In this document: positions 26,878 through 35,594 of the stretch, piece after piece
Position numbering within the stretch: position 1 is the stretch's first letter
Layout: each line of letters starts with the position of its first letter
Assembly: GCA_038227875.1 (NCBI GenBank)
Contig: JBBRPR010000006.1
Span: 1 to 64,000, forward strand
DNA from: Planctomycetota bacterium
Lineage (GTDB): Bacteria > Planctomycetota > SZUA-567 > H5-PLA8
DNA: 64,000 nt
Reading direction: 5' to 3'
The notes under the pieces: generated by a model
Told to the model about the DNA's origin: nothing
Databases searched by the model: none
Seen by the model: the letters and a program-made list of their open reading frames with translations, nothing else
Position numbers and translations under genes: made by a program

Positions 26878-27816
26878 TTACCGTTTTCCATCCCGCCAGA
26901 ACTTGTCGTGCGGATAGCGGTACGTCGCCAGTTGCTCGTCGGGCGAGAACGGGGGCGGCGTGAAATCGGCGCTGGGGTTGTAGACGAACGGTTTCTCGCC
27001 CTTGGAGTACGGCGAGTTGGCGCGATCGCGCAGGCAGGCGAGCAGTTCCTTCTGCTTCACCGGGATGTACTCCAGCGTGTGCGGCCCGAACTCGCGTTCG
27101 ACTTCGCCGGGGCGGAACTCGAGGTAGATGACGCGGCGCAGTTTCGTCAGCGCGGCCGGGGAGCCGTGCAGCGCGAGAATGTTGTGCAGGATCACGTCGC
27201 CGGGATTCATCTTGATCGGGACGGCGCCTTCCGTGTGGAATCCATCCTTGTTCAAGCGTGCGACAGTTTCGTTGGCTTCCTTCTCGGACCATTGGTTGGA
27301 ACCGGGAATGCCCCAGAGGCAGTTGCTCAGGTCCGATTCATCGAGATAGAAATCGACATTGAAGATCGGCTTACCTTCCACCGTGCAGGCGGTTCCCGCA
27401 TCGCGGTGCCAGGGAATCGCGGCGCCGGCGCCGGCATTCTTGAAGACCATGCTGTCCCACGTCGGAATGAAATTGCGGCCCTGGAGTTTCTCGACCGTGC
27501 GCAGCACAAACGGATGACCGCGCAGCGCCTTGGCTGCCTTGGTTTTGTCGACGACATACTCGATGCGCATCGGCACGCGTTCTTTGGTGATCTCGTGTTC
27601 CTTGTAGAAAAAGTCCGGCCGGTCGGAACGATCGCTGTTGGCCATCTGTACCAACGCCTGCGTCTGCTCGCGCAGATCGGCCAGTTCCTGGCCCTTGAGC
27701 ACGTTGCGGATTACGAGCAAGCCATTCGCTCTGAAAAAGTCCGCCTGCTCGTCGGTGATGCAATCCAGCTTGCTAGCGTCCACATGCGGAAATACATCCA
27801 CAGCACTTGCCGTCAT
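26878..27816 (-). CDS. Phytanoyl-CoA dioxygenase (PhyH) family Fe(II)/2OG dioxygenase
   Basis: PWHRD, GDVILH..ALHGS..RR; GGAG before ATG 27816. Confidence 0.9.
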   Translation of the reverse strand: MTASAVDVFPHVDASKLDCITDEQADFFRANGLLVIRNVLKGQELADLREQTQALVQMANSDRSDRPDFFYKEHEITKERVPMRIEYVVDKTKAAKALRGHPFVLRTVEKLQGRNFIPTWDSMVFKNAGAGAAIPWHRDAGTACTVEGKPIFNVDFYLDESDLSNCLWGIPGSNQWSEKEANETVARLNKDGFHTEGAVPIKMNPGDVILHNILALHGSPAALTKLRRVIYLEFRPGEVEREFGPHTLEYIPVKQKELLACLRDRANSPYSKGEKPFVYNPSADFTPPPFSPDEQLATYRYPHDKFWRDGKR

Positions 27817-27972
27817 CGTTTTGGTCTCCAGAAGAAGAGTGAATTCCAACGATGCAGAGAATACCGCTTTGAATCCGGAAAGACGTCCTGCGTTTTGATA
27901 AGTTCTTCTTGGAAAATAAGATTTTGGATCAGAGACTCAAAGATTTAAGTCCTGATGAACGCTTCGTACAAT

Positions 27973-28023
27973 TTGCACGGATCGCCCACCAAAACTTCAC
28001 CTGACCCGCAACAAGTGTTTACA
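27973..28023 (+). promoter_or_regulatory. Possible Pho-box-like 11-bp direct-repeat array
   Basis: tgcAC, cccAC, ttcAC, gcAAC, tttAC at 11-bp spacing upstream of a PhoX-like gene. Confidence 0.35.
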
Positions 28024-28133
28024 CCCCACGACTAACCTCGATTCAAATTCGGCATTTGAGCGCGACGGGCCGTCTCCCTGCCGGTGCATGGAGAGGCGTG
28101 ATCCCTGGGCTCATTCCATTTTTGGAGAACGTA

Positions 28134-30659
28134 ATGAACAGACGAGTACGCAGCCTACTTCTTGGCGTTGTCGCAACGATGGCGATGACGGCTCACGGTT
28201 ACGATCAGTCGGCGCCCTCGGTTAAGGGACCCAGTTCCAGTGATACCCCCTACCTGGTTCCGATTGCAGGCACGGGAGTGAAAGTGGTCTCCATCCTGTC
28301 GGCTGGTAATTCAGTGGGCAATAAGAAGGGCACCACTACTCCCTATAAAATGCTGGGCATTCCCGACGGCGGTGGCGCGTTCGACAATGGCGACGGCACC
28401 TTCACACTGTTGCTCAATCATGAATTCGGCACCAATTCCAACAACCAGCCTGTGGGTGCGGTCCGGGCACATGGACAGGCGGGCGCGGTGGTCTCGAAAT
28501 GGATCATCAACAAATCCGACCTGAAGGTTCTCGACATTCAGGACTTCTGCCAGTCGGCCAACGACGTCATGCTCTTCAACACGGCGACCGGTAAATATGT
28601 TTCAGCTCCGACCTTGTCGACCAATGGTAATGCCTTCCAGCGTTTCTGTTCCGGCGACCTGCCGGTGGTCAGTGCGTTATTCAACAAGAACACGGGCCTA
28701 GGCTCCAAGGAACGCTTCTACTTTGCCGGAGAAGAAACCGGTAGCCTGATCGGTCAGGCATTCAATCCCGCTGGCGGCGCCCCCGGAGTCGGCCGCAATT
28801 TTGCTTTTGTGATCACCGGAACCGACGCGGGAAAGATCTTCGAACTGCCGCGGTTGGGCAAAGGCTCGTGGGAAAACGCACTCTGTAATCCGTTCGCACA
28901 AGACTTGACAATCGTCGGCGAAATGGACGATTCGACGGGTACCTCGACGGGCCCCAATAAGAATCCGTTTGGTCTGGTTTGCTTCTATGTCGGCACAAAA
29001 ACCGCAAACGGATCGGATGTCGATAAGGCCGGTCTGACCAATGGCAAGCTCTTCGGCGTTTCCGTGACGGGCGTGCTCAACGAAGTCCGGGCCGATGGAC
29101 TAGGCGTGGCCAAGGGCACGCAGAAAACCTTCACGTTGGTCAAACTCGCAGACGACGCCACCTCGCTCTCCGGTGCGGCCCTGCATACGGCCTACACCAC
29201 CGCCAACGGTACGCAGTTCCTCCGGCCTGAAGACGGCGCGTGGGATCCGAAAAATCCGAGGGTGTTCTTCTTCCACACCACCGATCAGCTCGACACCCGA
29301 GAACTCGTTGGCGGCACCGTAACAGGCGCAACCCGTCTTTGGAAATTGACGTTCAGCGACATCGCCAATCCAGCCGCCGGCGGCACGATTGAAGTGCTGG
29401 TCGATGGTTCAGTCGATAAGGTTCCGGGAGGCGGCGCCAACGAGTACATCAACATGCTCGACAACATGGGGACCGACCGCTTTGGCCACATCATGCTTTG
29501 CGAAGACGTCGGCAACGCCGCGCACAACGGCAAGATCCATCAATTCACACAGTCCACAAAGACCATCAAGACCATCCTCAAGCATGATCCCGCGCGCTTC
29601 GGCGATGTCGATCCCGCGACCGGTGCGGTGACGCTCGCCCAGGACGGTGGCACCGCCACAAATGATAAATTCAGCAAGGACGAAGAATCTTCCGGCGTGT
29701 TCGATGCGTCAACGGTGCTTGGACCGGGCTGGTGGATCGTGACTGTTCAGGCGCACTACATTACTGCGGACACCGAAATACAGGAAGGTGGCCAGCTGCT
29801 CGCGTTCTTCGCCCCGGACTCTGTCGGCAACGAAGCGCCGGTCGTCGACTCGACGCCATTCGCGACGCCCAATCCCGCCGGCGTGGGCCAGACGGTGACC
29901 TTCACGGCCGGAGCCAGCGATCCGGACGGCGACACGCTGACATACACGTGGTCCTTCGGCGACGGCACGAACGGCACAGGCACGAGTGTCACCCACACGT
30001 ACGCTGCCGCCGGTGTGTACCAGGCGAGCGTCAGCGTGGCGGATGCACGCGGGTTGGTCACGATCAGTTCAACGGTCGCAGTGACCGTCAACAAGCCGCT
30101 GATTGGCGGCGGCAAGGACTCCGACGGTGACGGCTTCAGCGACGATATCGAAACGAAGTTCGGTTCCAATCCCAACAACGCGGCCGATACGCCCTTCGGC
30201 GGAAAGGCCGCGCCGGTTCCGACCGCGTTCAGCTCGCTGGGCAAAATCGCGGTCAAGGTGAGCTTCGATCCGAAAAAAACCGGCAAGGATTCGCTTTCGT
30301 TCTCCGGAATTCTGTCCGTGCCTTCCGGATTGACGCTCAACGGCCTGAAAGTGCTCGTCGACTTCACCGGCGAAACCCGTGTGTTCACCCTCGACGACAA
30401 GGGCAAGTCCACACCCAAGGGGAATGACACGTTCATGTTCTCGAAGCCGAAGAGCGGAAACGCGCCTTTTAAGGCGAGCTTCAAGAACGCCAACCTGCTC
30501 GCGTCACTGACGGCGGCAGGCATCGTCAACGAAACGTCCAAGGGCAAGCCCGTGACCTTCACCGTGAACGTGTTCTTTAACGGCGCAATTTACTCCAAAT
30601 CGGTCACTGCAATGTTCAAAGGCACGAAAGGCAAGTCAGGCAGCATCACCGCCAAGTAG
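28134..30659 (+). CDS. Secreted PhoX/DUF839-like alkaline phosphatase with PKD domain and Ca-binding DxDGDG repeat
   Basis: GIPDG, LNHE, RFCSGD, WEN, FLRPEDG, MLDN, EESSG, VQAH; PKD motif YTWSFGDG..HTY; DSDGDGFSD. Confidence 0.8.
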   Translation: MNRRVRSLLLGVVATMAMTAHGYDQSAPSVKGPSSSDTPYLVPIAGTGVKVVSILSAGNSVGNKKGTTTPYKMLGIPDGGGAFDNGDGTFTLLLNHEFGTNSNNQPVGAVRAHGQAGAVVSKWIINKSDLKVLDIQDFCQSANDVMLFNTATGKYVSAPTLSTNGNAFQRFCSGDLPVVSALFNKNTGLGSKERFYFAGEETGSLIGQAFNPAGGAPGVGRNFAFVITGTDAGKIFELPRLGKGSWENALCNPFAQDLTIVGEMDDSTGTSTGPNKNPFGLVCFYVGTKTANGSDVDKAGLTNGKLFGVSVTGVLNEVRADGLGVAKGTQKTFTLVKLADDATSLSGAALHTAYTTANGTQFLRPEDGAWDPKNPRVFFFHTTDQLDTRELVGGTVTGATRLWKLTFSDIANPAAGGTIEVLVDGSVDKVPGGGANEYINMLDNMGTDRFGHIMLCEDVGNAAHNGKIHQFTQSTKTIKTILKHDPARFGDVDPATGAVTLAQDGGTATNDKFSKDEESSGVFDASTVLGPGWWIVTVQAHYITADTEIQEGGQLLAFFAPDSVGNEAPVVDSTPFATPNPAGVGQTVTFTAGASDPDGDTLTYTWSFGDGTNGTGTSVTHTYAAAGVYQASVSVADARGLVTISSTVAVTVNKPLIGGGKDSDGDGFSDDIETKFGSNPNNAADTPFGGKAAPVPTAFSSLGKIAVKVSFDPKKTGKDSLSFSGILSVPSGLTLNGLKVLVDFTGETRVFTLDDKGKSTPKGNDTFMFSKPKSGNAPFKASFKNANLLASLTAAGIVNETSKGKPVTFTVNVFFNGAIYSKSVTAMFKGTKGKSGSITAK

Positions 30660-30684
30660 TACCATCCGGTTGCCTCAACAAGCG

Positions 30685-30718
30685 AAGCGGGCGGACAGCG
30701 ATGTCCGCTCGCTTTTTT
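30685..30718 (+). terminator. Intrinsic terminator
   Basis: aagcgggcggaca-gcga-tgtccgctcgctt followed by a T-run. Confidence 0.8.
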
Positions 30719-30719
30719 A

Positions 30720-31598
30720 TCAGGGCTTCTTCGCAACGTCGGCCGGAGCTGCCGCAGCTTCCGTCTCAAATTTCGTCTTGATCTCCGCGCACTTGGCGTC
30801 GAAATCGGATTTCAGTTTCGCCAGCTTCTGATCCTTCGTGGCGACGAGGTCGGCGACTTTCTTGTCCTGATCTGCGGCGGCCTGGTCCGCGGCGGTCTTC
30901 TGTGCCTGCAGTGCCGCGCGGCGGGACTGGGCGTTGCGCAGTTTGTTATTCCACGCGGCGACGTCGGCGGCTGGTTGCTTGGGTGCGCTTAATCCGCGCT
31001 GAGCGGCCTCCACTTCAGAATCGAGTGTCGCGGCCTGAGCGTCGATCTTTTTGGCGGCGGCATCCAACGGATCCTGGGCGGCGACAGCCTTCTTGCCCTC
31101 GTCCATGATTGCCTGCACGGCCGCGTCGTACTTTTTCCTTTCGTCGGCCACGGCCGCAGCGATCCTTGCCACGACCTTTGGATCGGTGGACGCCGCTCCA
31201 GATGCAGCGGGTGCGGGGGGCGCAGCCGGCACAGCGGCGTCGGTCTTCTTTGTTGTGTCCGCAACGGGCGCGTCTGCTTTTTTGCCGTACTTCGCGATCG
31301 TTTTCTGAGCCAAGTCCGAGAGGCTGGAAATCGCCACGTCCTCAGTGGTCATCGATTTCACCTCGGCTTCGGTATACTCCGCGCGCTTGCCGTCCACGGT
31401 CGTGCCGTTGTACACGGATTGCCCGTCAATGGTTGCGGTGTTCACTTTGATGCATTTGATCACATCGCCATTGTTCAAGGTCAGCAGTGTCAGCTTCACC
31501 GTCGGCGCCGCATCGTCGCTGGCCATCGCGAGCGCACCGGACAGTATTACGCACAGGTGAATTGCGGTGAAACTCACAATTTTTTGTCGCACGGTCAT
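30720..31598 (-). CDS. Secreted Ala/Lys-rich coiled-coil hypothetical protein
   Basis: GAGGAG RBS, signal peptide, helical heptad pattern. Confidence 0.7.
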   Translation of the reverse strand: MTVRQKIVSFTAIHLCVILSGALAMASDDAAPTVKLTLLTLNNGDVIKCIKVNTATIDGQSVYNGTTVDGKRAEYTEAEVKSMTTEDVAISSLSDLAQKTIAKYGKKADAPVADTTKKTDAAVPAAPPAPAASGAASTDPKVVARIAAAVADERKKYDAAVQAIMDEGKKAVAAQDPLDAAAKKIDAQAATLDSEVEAAQRGLSAPKQPAADVAAWNNKLRNAQSRRAALQAQKTAADQAAADQDKKVADLVATKDQKLAKLKSDFDAKCAEIKTKFETEAAAAPADVAKKP

Positions 31599-31866
31599 CT
31601 TCTTCTCCTCGTCATGGTCGTGTGGCTGCACTTGGAAAGATGACGGGAGTGTAGCGCTTTTAATTCGAAAAAAGTGCAGAGAAGAACGCTGTAAGTCAAA
31701 TAATCAATTTGTGTTACATGAATTCAGGTGACACGAATGTCGGCGTGATTCGTGATCCCGAATGATAGTGAATGGGAGTCATGTAATTTGTTCCGTCACG
31801 CGGAATGCTTTTTGCACCTCCTTAGGCACACAACGGAAACTGTCACATAAAGGGGCAACTTGTAAT

Positions 31867-33150
31867 ATGACTGTTCCAAAAGAGAGCGTTTTCACGTGTG
31901 CAGGCTGCGGCAGGTCTTTCAAGGCGGCGCTCGATACCAAAATCTTCAAATGTGCGAGTTGTCAGGATGTCATCAACACCGTCGATGACTCCGCTCGCGC
32001 GCAGCCGGGCAAAATGGTGTGCGGCAGCTGCTGGTCGGGGACACAGCTTCGCGATCAGCTCTGGAAAACATCGGAAGCTCTTTTTGGAGAAACACAACCC
32101 GGCGAGGCTGAAAAGCACAGCCATGACAATTCGGCAGTGATCGCTGAACTGGAAGCCCATCTCGCCATCGCCTCCGAAGGCCGCGTGATCGCGCTGCGCG
32201 AACGCGATCTGGCTCAGGAAGTCCGCCAGAAACTCGAACGCACGCTCGGCGATTTTCTCGCCAAGTTCGCCACCGCCCGCGAAGCCGAATTGAAAGTGAT
32301 GAAAGAACGCGACGCGGCGCTGGAAGCGTCTCGCGTGCTGAAGCAGAAGAACAGCGAGTTGGAAACCCAGGTTGCGCTGGCCGAAGAGACAGCCAACGAT
32401 GCGTTGAACGAACGCAATTCCTTCGCGGAATCGCAGCTGGAGCTGGAGGACAAAGTCGCGGAGCTGGAATGCCGCCTGATGGAACCGGAGGCCCCCGCCG
32501 CGGCGCCGATCAAGGCGCGCGGAAGTTCGGCGCGTATGGCGTCCTTCGCCGACGCCCGCATCAACGATTTGCAATTGAAGCTCGAGGCTTCGCAGGCCGA
32601 GCTCGCGCGCTACAAACAGGAATCGGAAGAGAACCGTGCTCAATTGCGGGCCAAGGTAGCCGATCTGCACGGCGATCTGGTCGCCGAACAGATCGACAAG
32701 GTCCAGTTCCTTGCGGAGAAGGACATGGCTGTTGCCGCGCACCACGAAGCCGCGGCGAAAGTCGAGGATCTCAACGCACGTCTGGCCAAAACGCAGGATG
32801 CACAGGCCGCGTTGACCAAGAGTCTCGATGAAGTTCAGCGCACGGTCGCGAAGGAGCAGGAGGAGGCTCAAAAGGCCAAGGCGCAGCTGGCCACCTTGCG
32901 CGAAGCGGCGATTTCATCCCTGGAACCGATGTCCGCCGAAATCAACTCGGCGCTCAAGGCCCTTTCCGCCGAAGCCGACGCAATTCAGAAGTCCGCGCAG
33001 ACACCGGAAACCGTCGCGGCTCTTCAGCGACTCAACGAACAGATGACCTCCGTGCGCCGCCAGCTCGTCGGCCGCATTGCAATGGTGATGGGCGTGCCGG
33101 TCTCCGACTCGCAGGAGATCCCCGCGGTGGGCAAAAGCTCCGTGGCGTAG
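31867..33150 (+). CDS. Zn-ribbon plus long coiled-coil protein
   Basis: CAGC, CASC, CGSC at the N-terminus followed by about 300 aa of heptads. Confidence 0.75.
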   Translation: MTVPKESVFTCAGCGRSFKAALDTKIFKCASCQDVINTVDDSARAQPGKMVCGSCWSGTQLRDQLWKTSEALFGETQPGEAEKHSHDNSAVIAELEAHLAIASEGRVIALRERDLAQEVRQKLERTLGDFLAKFATAREAELKVMKERDAALEASRVLKQKNSELETQVALAEETANDALNERNSFAESQLELEDKVAELECRLMEPEAPAAAPIKARGSSARMASFADARINDLQLKLEASQAELARYKQESEENRAQLRAKVADLHGDLVAEQIDKVQFLAEKDMAVAAHHEAAAKVEDLNARLAKTQDAQAALTKSLDEVQRTVAKEQEEAQKAKAQLATLREAAISSLEPMSAEINSALKALSAEADAIQKSAQTPETVAALQRLNEQMTSVRRQLVGRIAMVMGVPVSDSQEIPAVGKSSVA

Positions 33151-33153
33151 CGT

Positions 33154-33519
33154 CTAGATGAATCCGGCCTTCTTGAAGCGGTCGAAACCATTTTTCGTCA
33201 GCACCGCGAGTTCTTTGAACAGCACGGGATCTGCTTTCTTGAAATTAAAGCAGGCCTTGCCCTGTTTGCGCTTCTTCAGCTCCGGCGAGAGTGCCTGCTG
33301 CATTTCCGGGCAGCAATACAGGGGCATGAGGTGAAAGCTGACGTAATTTTTTTTGATGATCACCGCGCCGAAAAAGATCGGTGCTTTCCGCTTCGCGTCA
33401 AACGCACCGTCGACGTAATACTTTTCCTTCGTGTCGGACACCACGGTCAATTGGGATTCAAACTTCTTCAAAATCGGCCGCAGACCCTCGAATGCCGCCT
33501 GGAAGTCTGGATTTGTCAT
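33154..33519 (-). CDS. DUF1801/YdhG-like protein
   Basis: KKNYVSFHLMPLY, QGKACFNFK. Confidence 0.7.
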   Translation of the reverse strand: MTNPDFQAAFEGLRPILKKFESQLTVVSDTKEKYYVDGAFDAKRKAPIFFGAVIIKKNYVSFHLMPLYCCPEMQQALSPELKKRKQGKACFNFKKADPVLFKELAVLTKNGFDRFKKAGFI

Positions 33520-33658
33520 TACTCGCCCTCACATTAAATAGCGCTACCGGTTGGCAGGCATCAGCACTCTACGCAATCCTGCTCTGTTCAGGAAACGGAG
33601 TTCGGTGCAGACTATTCTAACCCGTTTTACATCCGATTTCGCATAGGAGAACCCCGTC

Positions 33659-34657
33659 ATGGTCGAACTAGCCCTCGTCGGTTGTGCGCACATTCATACG
33701 CCCGGCTTCATCAAGAAGATCAAGGAACGCAGCGATGTCCGTGTGAAGCTTGTCTGGGATCACGATAAGGCGCGCGCGCAGAAGAACGCCACGGAGCTCG
33801 GCGCAACCGTCGTCGACGACGTCAGCGCCATCTGGAAAGACGCATCCATTCCCGCGGCGATCATCTGCTCCGAGACCGATCGCCATGTCGCACTCGTTAC
33901 CGCCGGCGCCAACGCGAAGAAGCATCTCTTCGTTGAAAAACCGCTGGGAATGGGCGCAGCGGATTCTTACGAAATGGCCTCGGCGATCGAGAAGAACGGC
34001 GTCATTTTCCAGACCGGATACTTCACGCGCGGCGACCCCATTCATTTGTTCCTGCGCGAACAGATCGCCGCCGACGCCTTCGGCAAGATCACGCGCGCGC
34101 GCCATTCCAATTGTCATTCCGGTTCGCTGGGCGGCTGGTTCGACACCGACTGGCGCTGGATGGCCGACCCGAAGGTCGCCGGCTGCGGCGCGTTCGGCGA
34201 TCTGGGCACGCATTCGCTCGACATCCTGCTCTGGCTCTTCGGCGCGGTGGACAAGGTCACCGGCAGCATCCATGTCGCGACCGGACGTTACGGCAATTGC
34301 GATGAATTCGGCGAAGGTCTGCTGCACTTCAAGAACGGCGTCGTGGCCACGCTGGCCGCGGGCTGGGTCGACGTTGAAAATCCCGTGCGCCTGCTCATCA
34401 GCGGCACCGAAGGCCACGCGGTCGTGGTGCATGGCCAGCTGTTCTTCCACAGCAAGAAGGTCGAAGGTGCCGATGGCAAGCAACCGTGGACGAAACTCCC
34501 GGCCGCGCTGCCGCACGCGTTCAACCTGTTCCTCGACGCGGTCACGGGCACGAAGGAAGTCCCGCTGGTCGGAGCACGCGAAGCCGCCGTCCGCAGCGCC
34601 GTAATGGAAGCGATCTACGAAGGCTCGCGCGATGCGAAGTGGGTCTCGCCGAAGTAA
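33659..34657 (+). CDS. Gfo/Idh/MocA-family oxidoreductase
   Basis: HLFVEKP, GAFGDLGTHSLD; AGGAG RBS. Confidence 0.9.
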   Translation: MVELALVGCAHIHTPGFIKKIKERSDVRVKLVWDHDKARAQKNATELGATVVDDVSAIWKDASIPAAIICSETDRHVALVTAGANAKKHLFVEKPLGMGAADSYEMASAIEKNGVIFQTGYFTRGDPIHLFLREQIAADAFGKITRARHSNCHSGSLGGWFDTDWRWMADPKVAGCGAFGDLGTHSLDILLWLFGAVDKVTGSIHVATGRYGNCDEFGEGLLHFKNGVVATLAAGWVDVENPVRLLISGTEGHAVVVHGQLFFHSKKVEGADGKQPWTKLPAALPHAFNLFLDAVTGTKEVPLVGAREAAVRSAVMEAIYEGSRDAKWVSPK

Positions 34658-34850
34658 ATTCTCCTTTAGTGGTGAGCGGGATTCCTTGCAACGCTTGGAA
34701 TTCCGCTCACCAGCTTCTAACGTCCCGCCTCCCCACCCCCATATCTGGCCGTATCTCCAGCCCACCTGTGCATTTGCGTGCACTCGTTCAATTATTTTTG
34801 AAAAAATTCCGAACCGATCGCCGGGTCATGGGGGCTAGACTGTAGAAAGC

Positions 34851-35516
34851 ATGGAGTATGACGGTATGGCGACAACCACGGCGGCGAATACGATTCTGAA
34901 CGGCTCCGGCATCGGTGGTGCCGGCCAGGCCGATTGGAAATCGCAGCTGCCGGAGAAGTATTGGGAACTGATCGACCGTTACCGCGGCGAACTGACCACC
35001 CAGGCGTTGGCCATTCTCAACAGCCCCGAAGATGCCGAAGATGTCGTACAGGAAACCTTCTGCGACGCGATCCGCGACCCGGCCAAGCTGAAAAAAGCCG
35101 ACTCCATTGGCGCGTGGCTCAAGTCGCTCAACCGCTGCAATGCACTTAACCGCCTCCGCGACACCAACCGCTCGTCCAAACGCATGCAGGCGGCGGCGCA
35201 GGATGCCGGGGGCGATCAAACCTTTACCACGGGTGGTTTTACTGTGATGGAACTGCGCGAATCGGTGAACACGGCGCTGGTCGTGCTGCCGCCAAATCTG
35301 CGCACAGTCGTAAAGTTGCGGTACTGGGAGTACCTCTCCTGCAAGGACATCGCGGCGCGACTGAACATCGCCGAAGGCAGCGTCAAACGGATGCTTTTCG
35401 AAGCCAACATCAAGCTCTACGAAAAACTACGGGCACAGTTCGAACAGAAAGCGCCGACGAAACAATTTGTTCCGGCGCAGGTCCGGGAAATCCTGGCCAA
35501 CGACAGCGGCGTGTAA
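34851..35516 (+). CDS. ECF sigma factor
   Basis: DAEDVVQETF, AWL, LPPNLRTVVKLRYWEYLSCKDIAARLNIAEGSVK. Confidence 0.9.
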   Translation: MEYDGMATTTAANTILNGSGIGGAGQADWKSQLPEKYWELIDRYRGELTTQALAILNSPEDAEDVVQETFCDAIRDPAKLKKADSIGAWLKSLNRCNALNRLRDTNRSSKRMQAAAQDAGGDQTFTTGGFTVMELRESVNTALVVLPPNLRTVVKLRYWEYLSCKDIAARLNIAEGSVKRMLFEANIKLYEKLRAQFEQKAPTKQFVPAQVREILANDSGV

Positions 35517-35594
35517 ACTCCGCTGCTTCAAATTTGCGCGAGCCGACGTCTTTTTTGCGCTCGCGAGCAAGCAACATTCAAGCGAGGAAACAAC

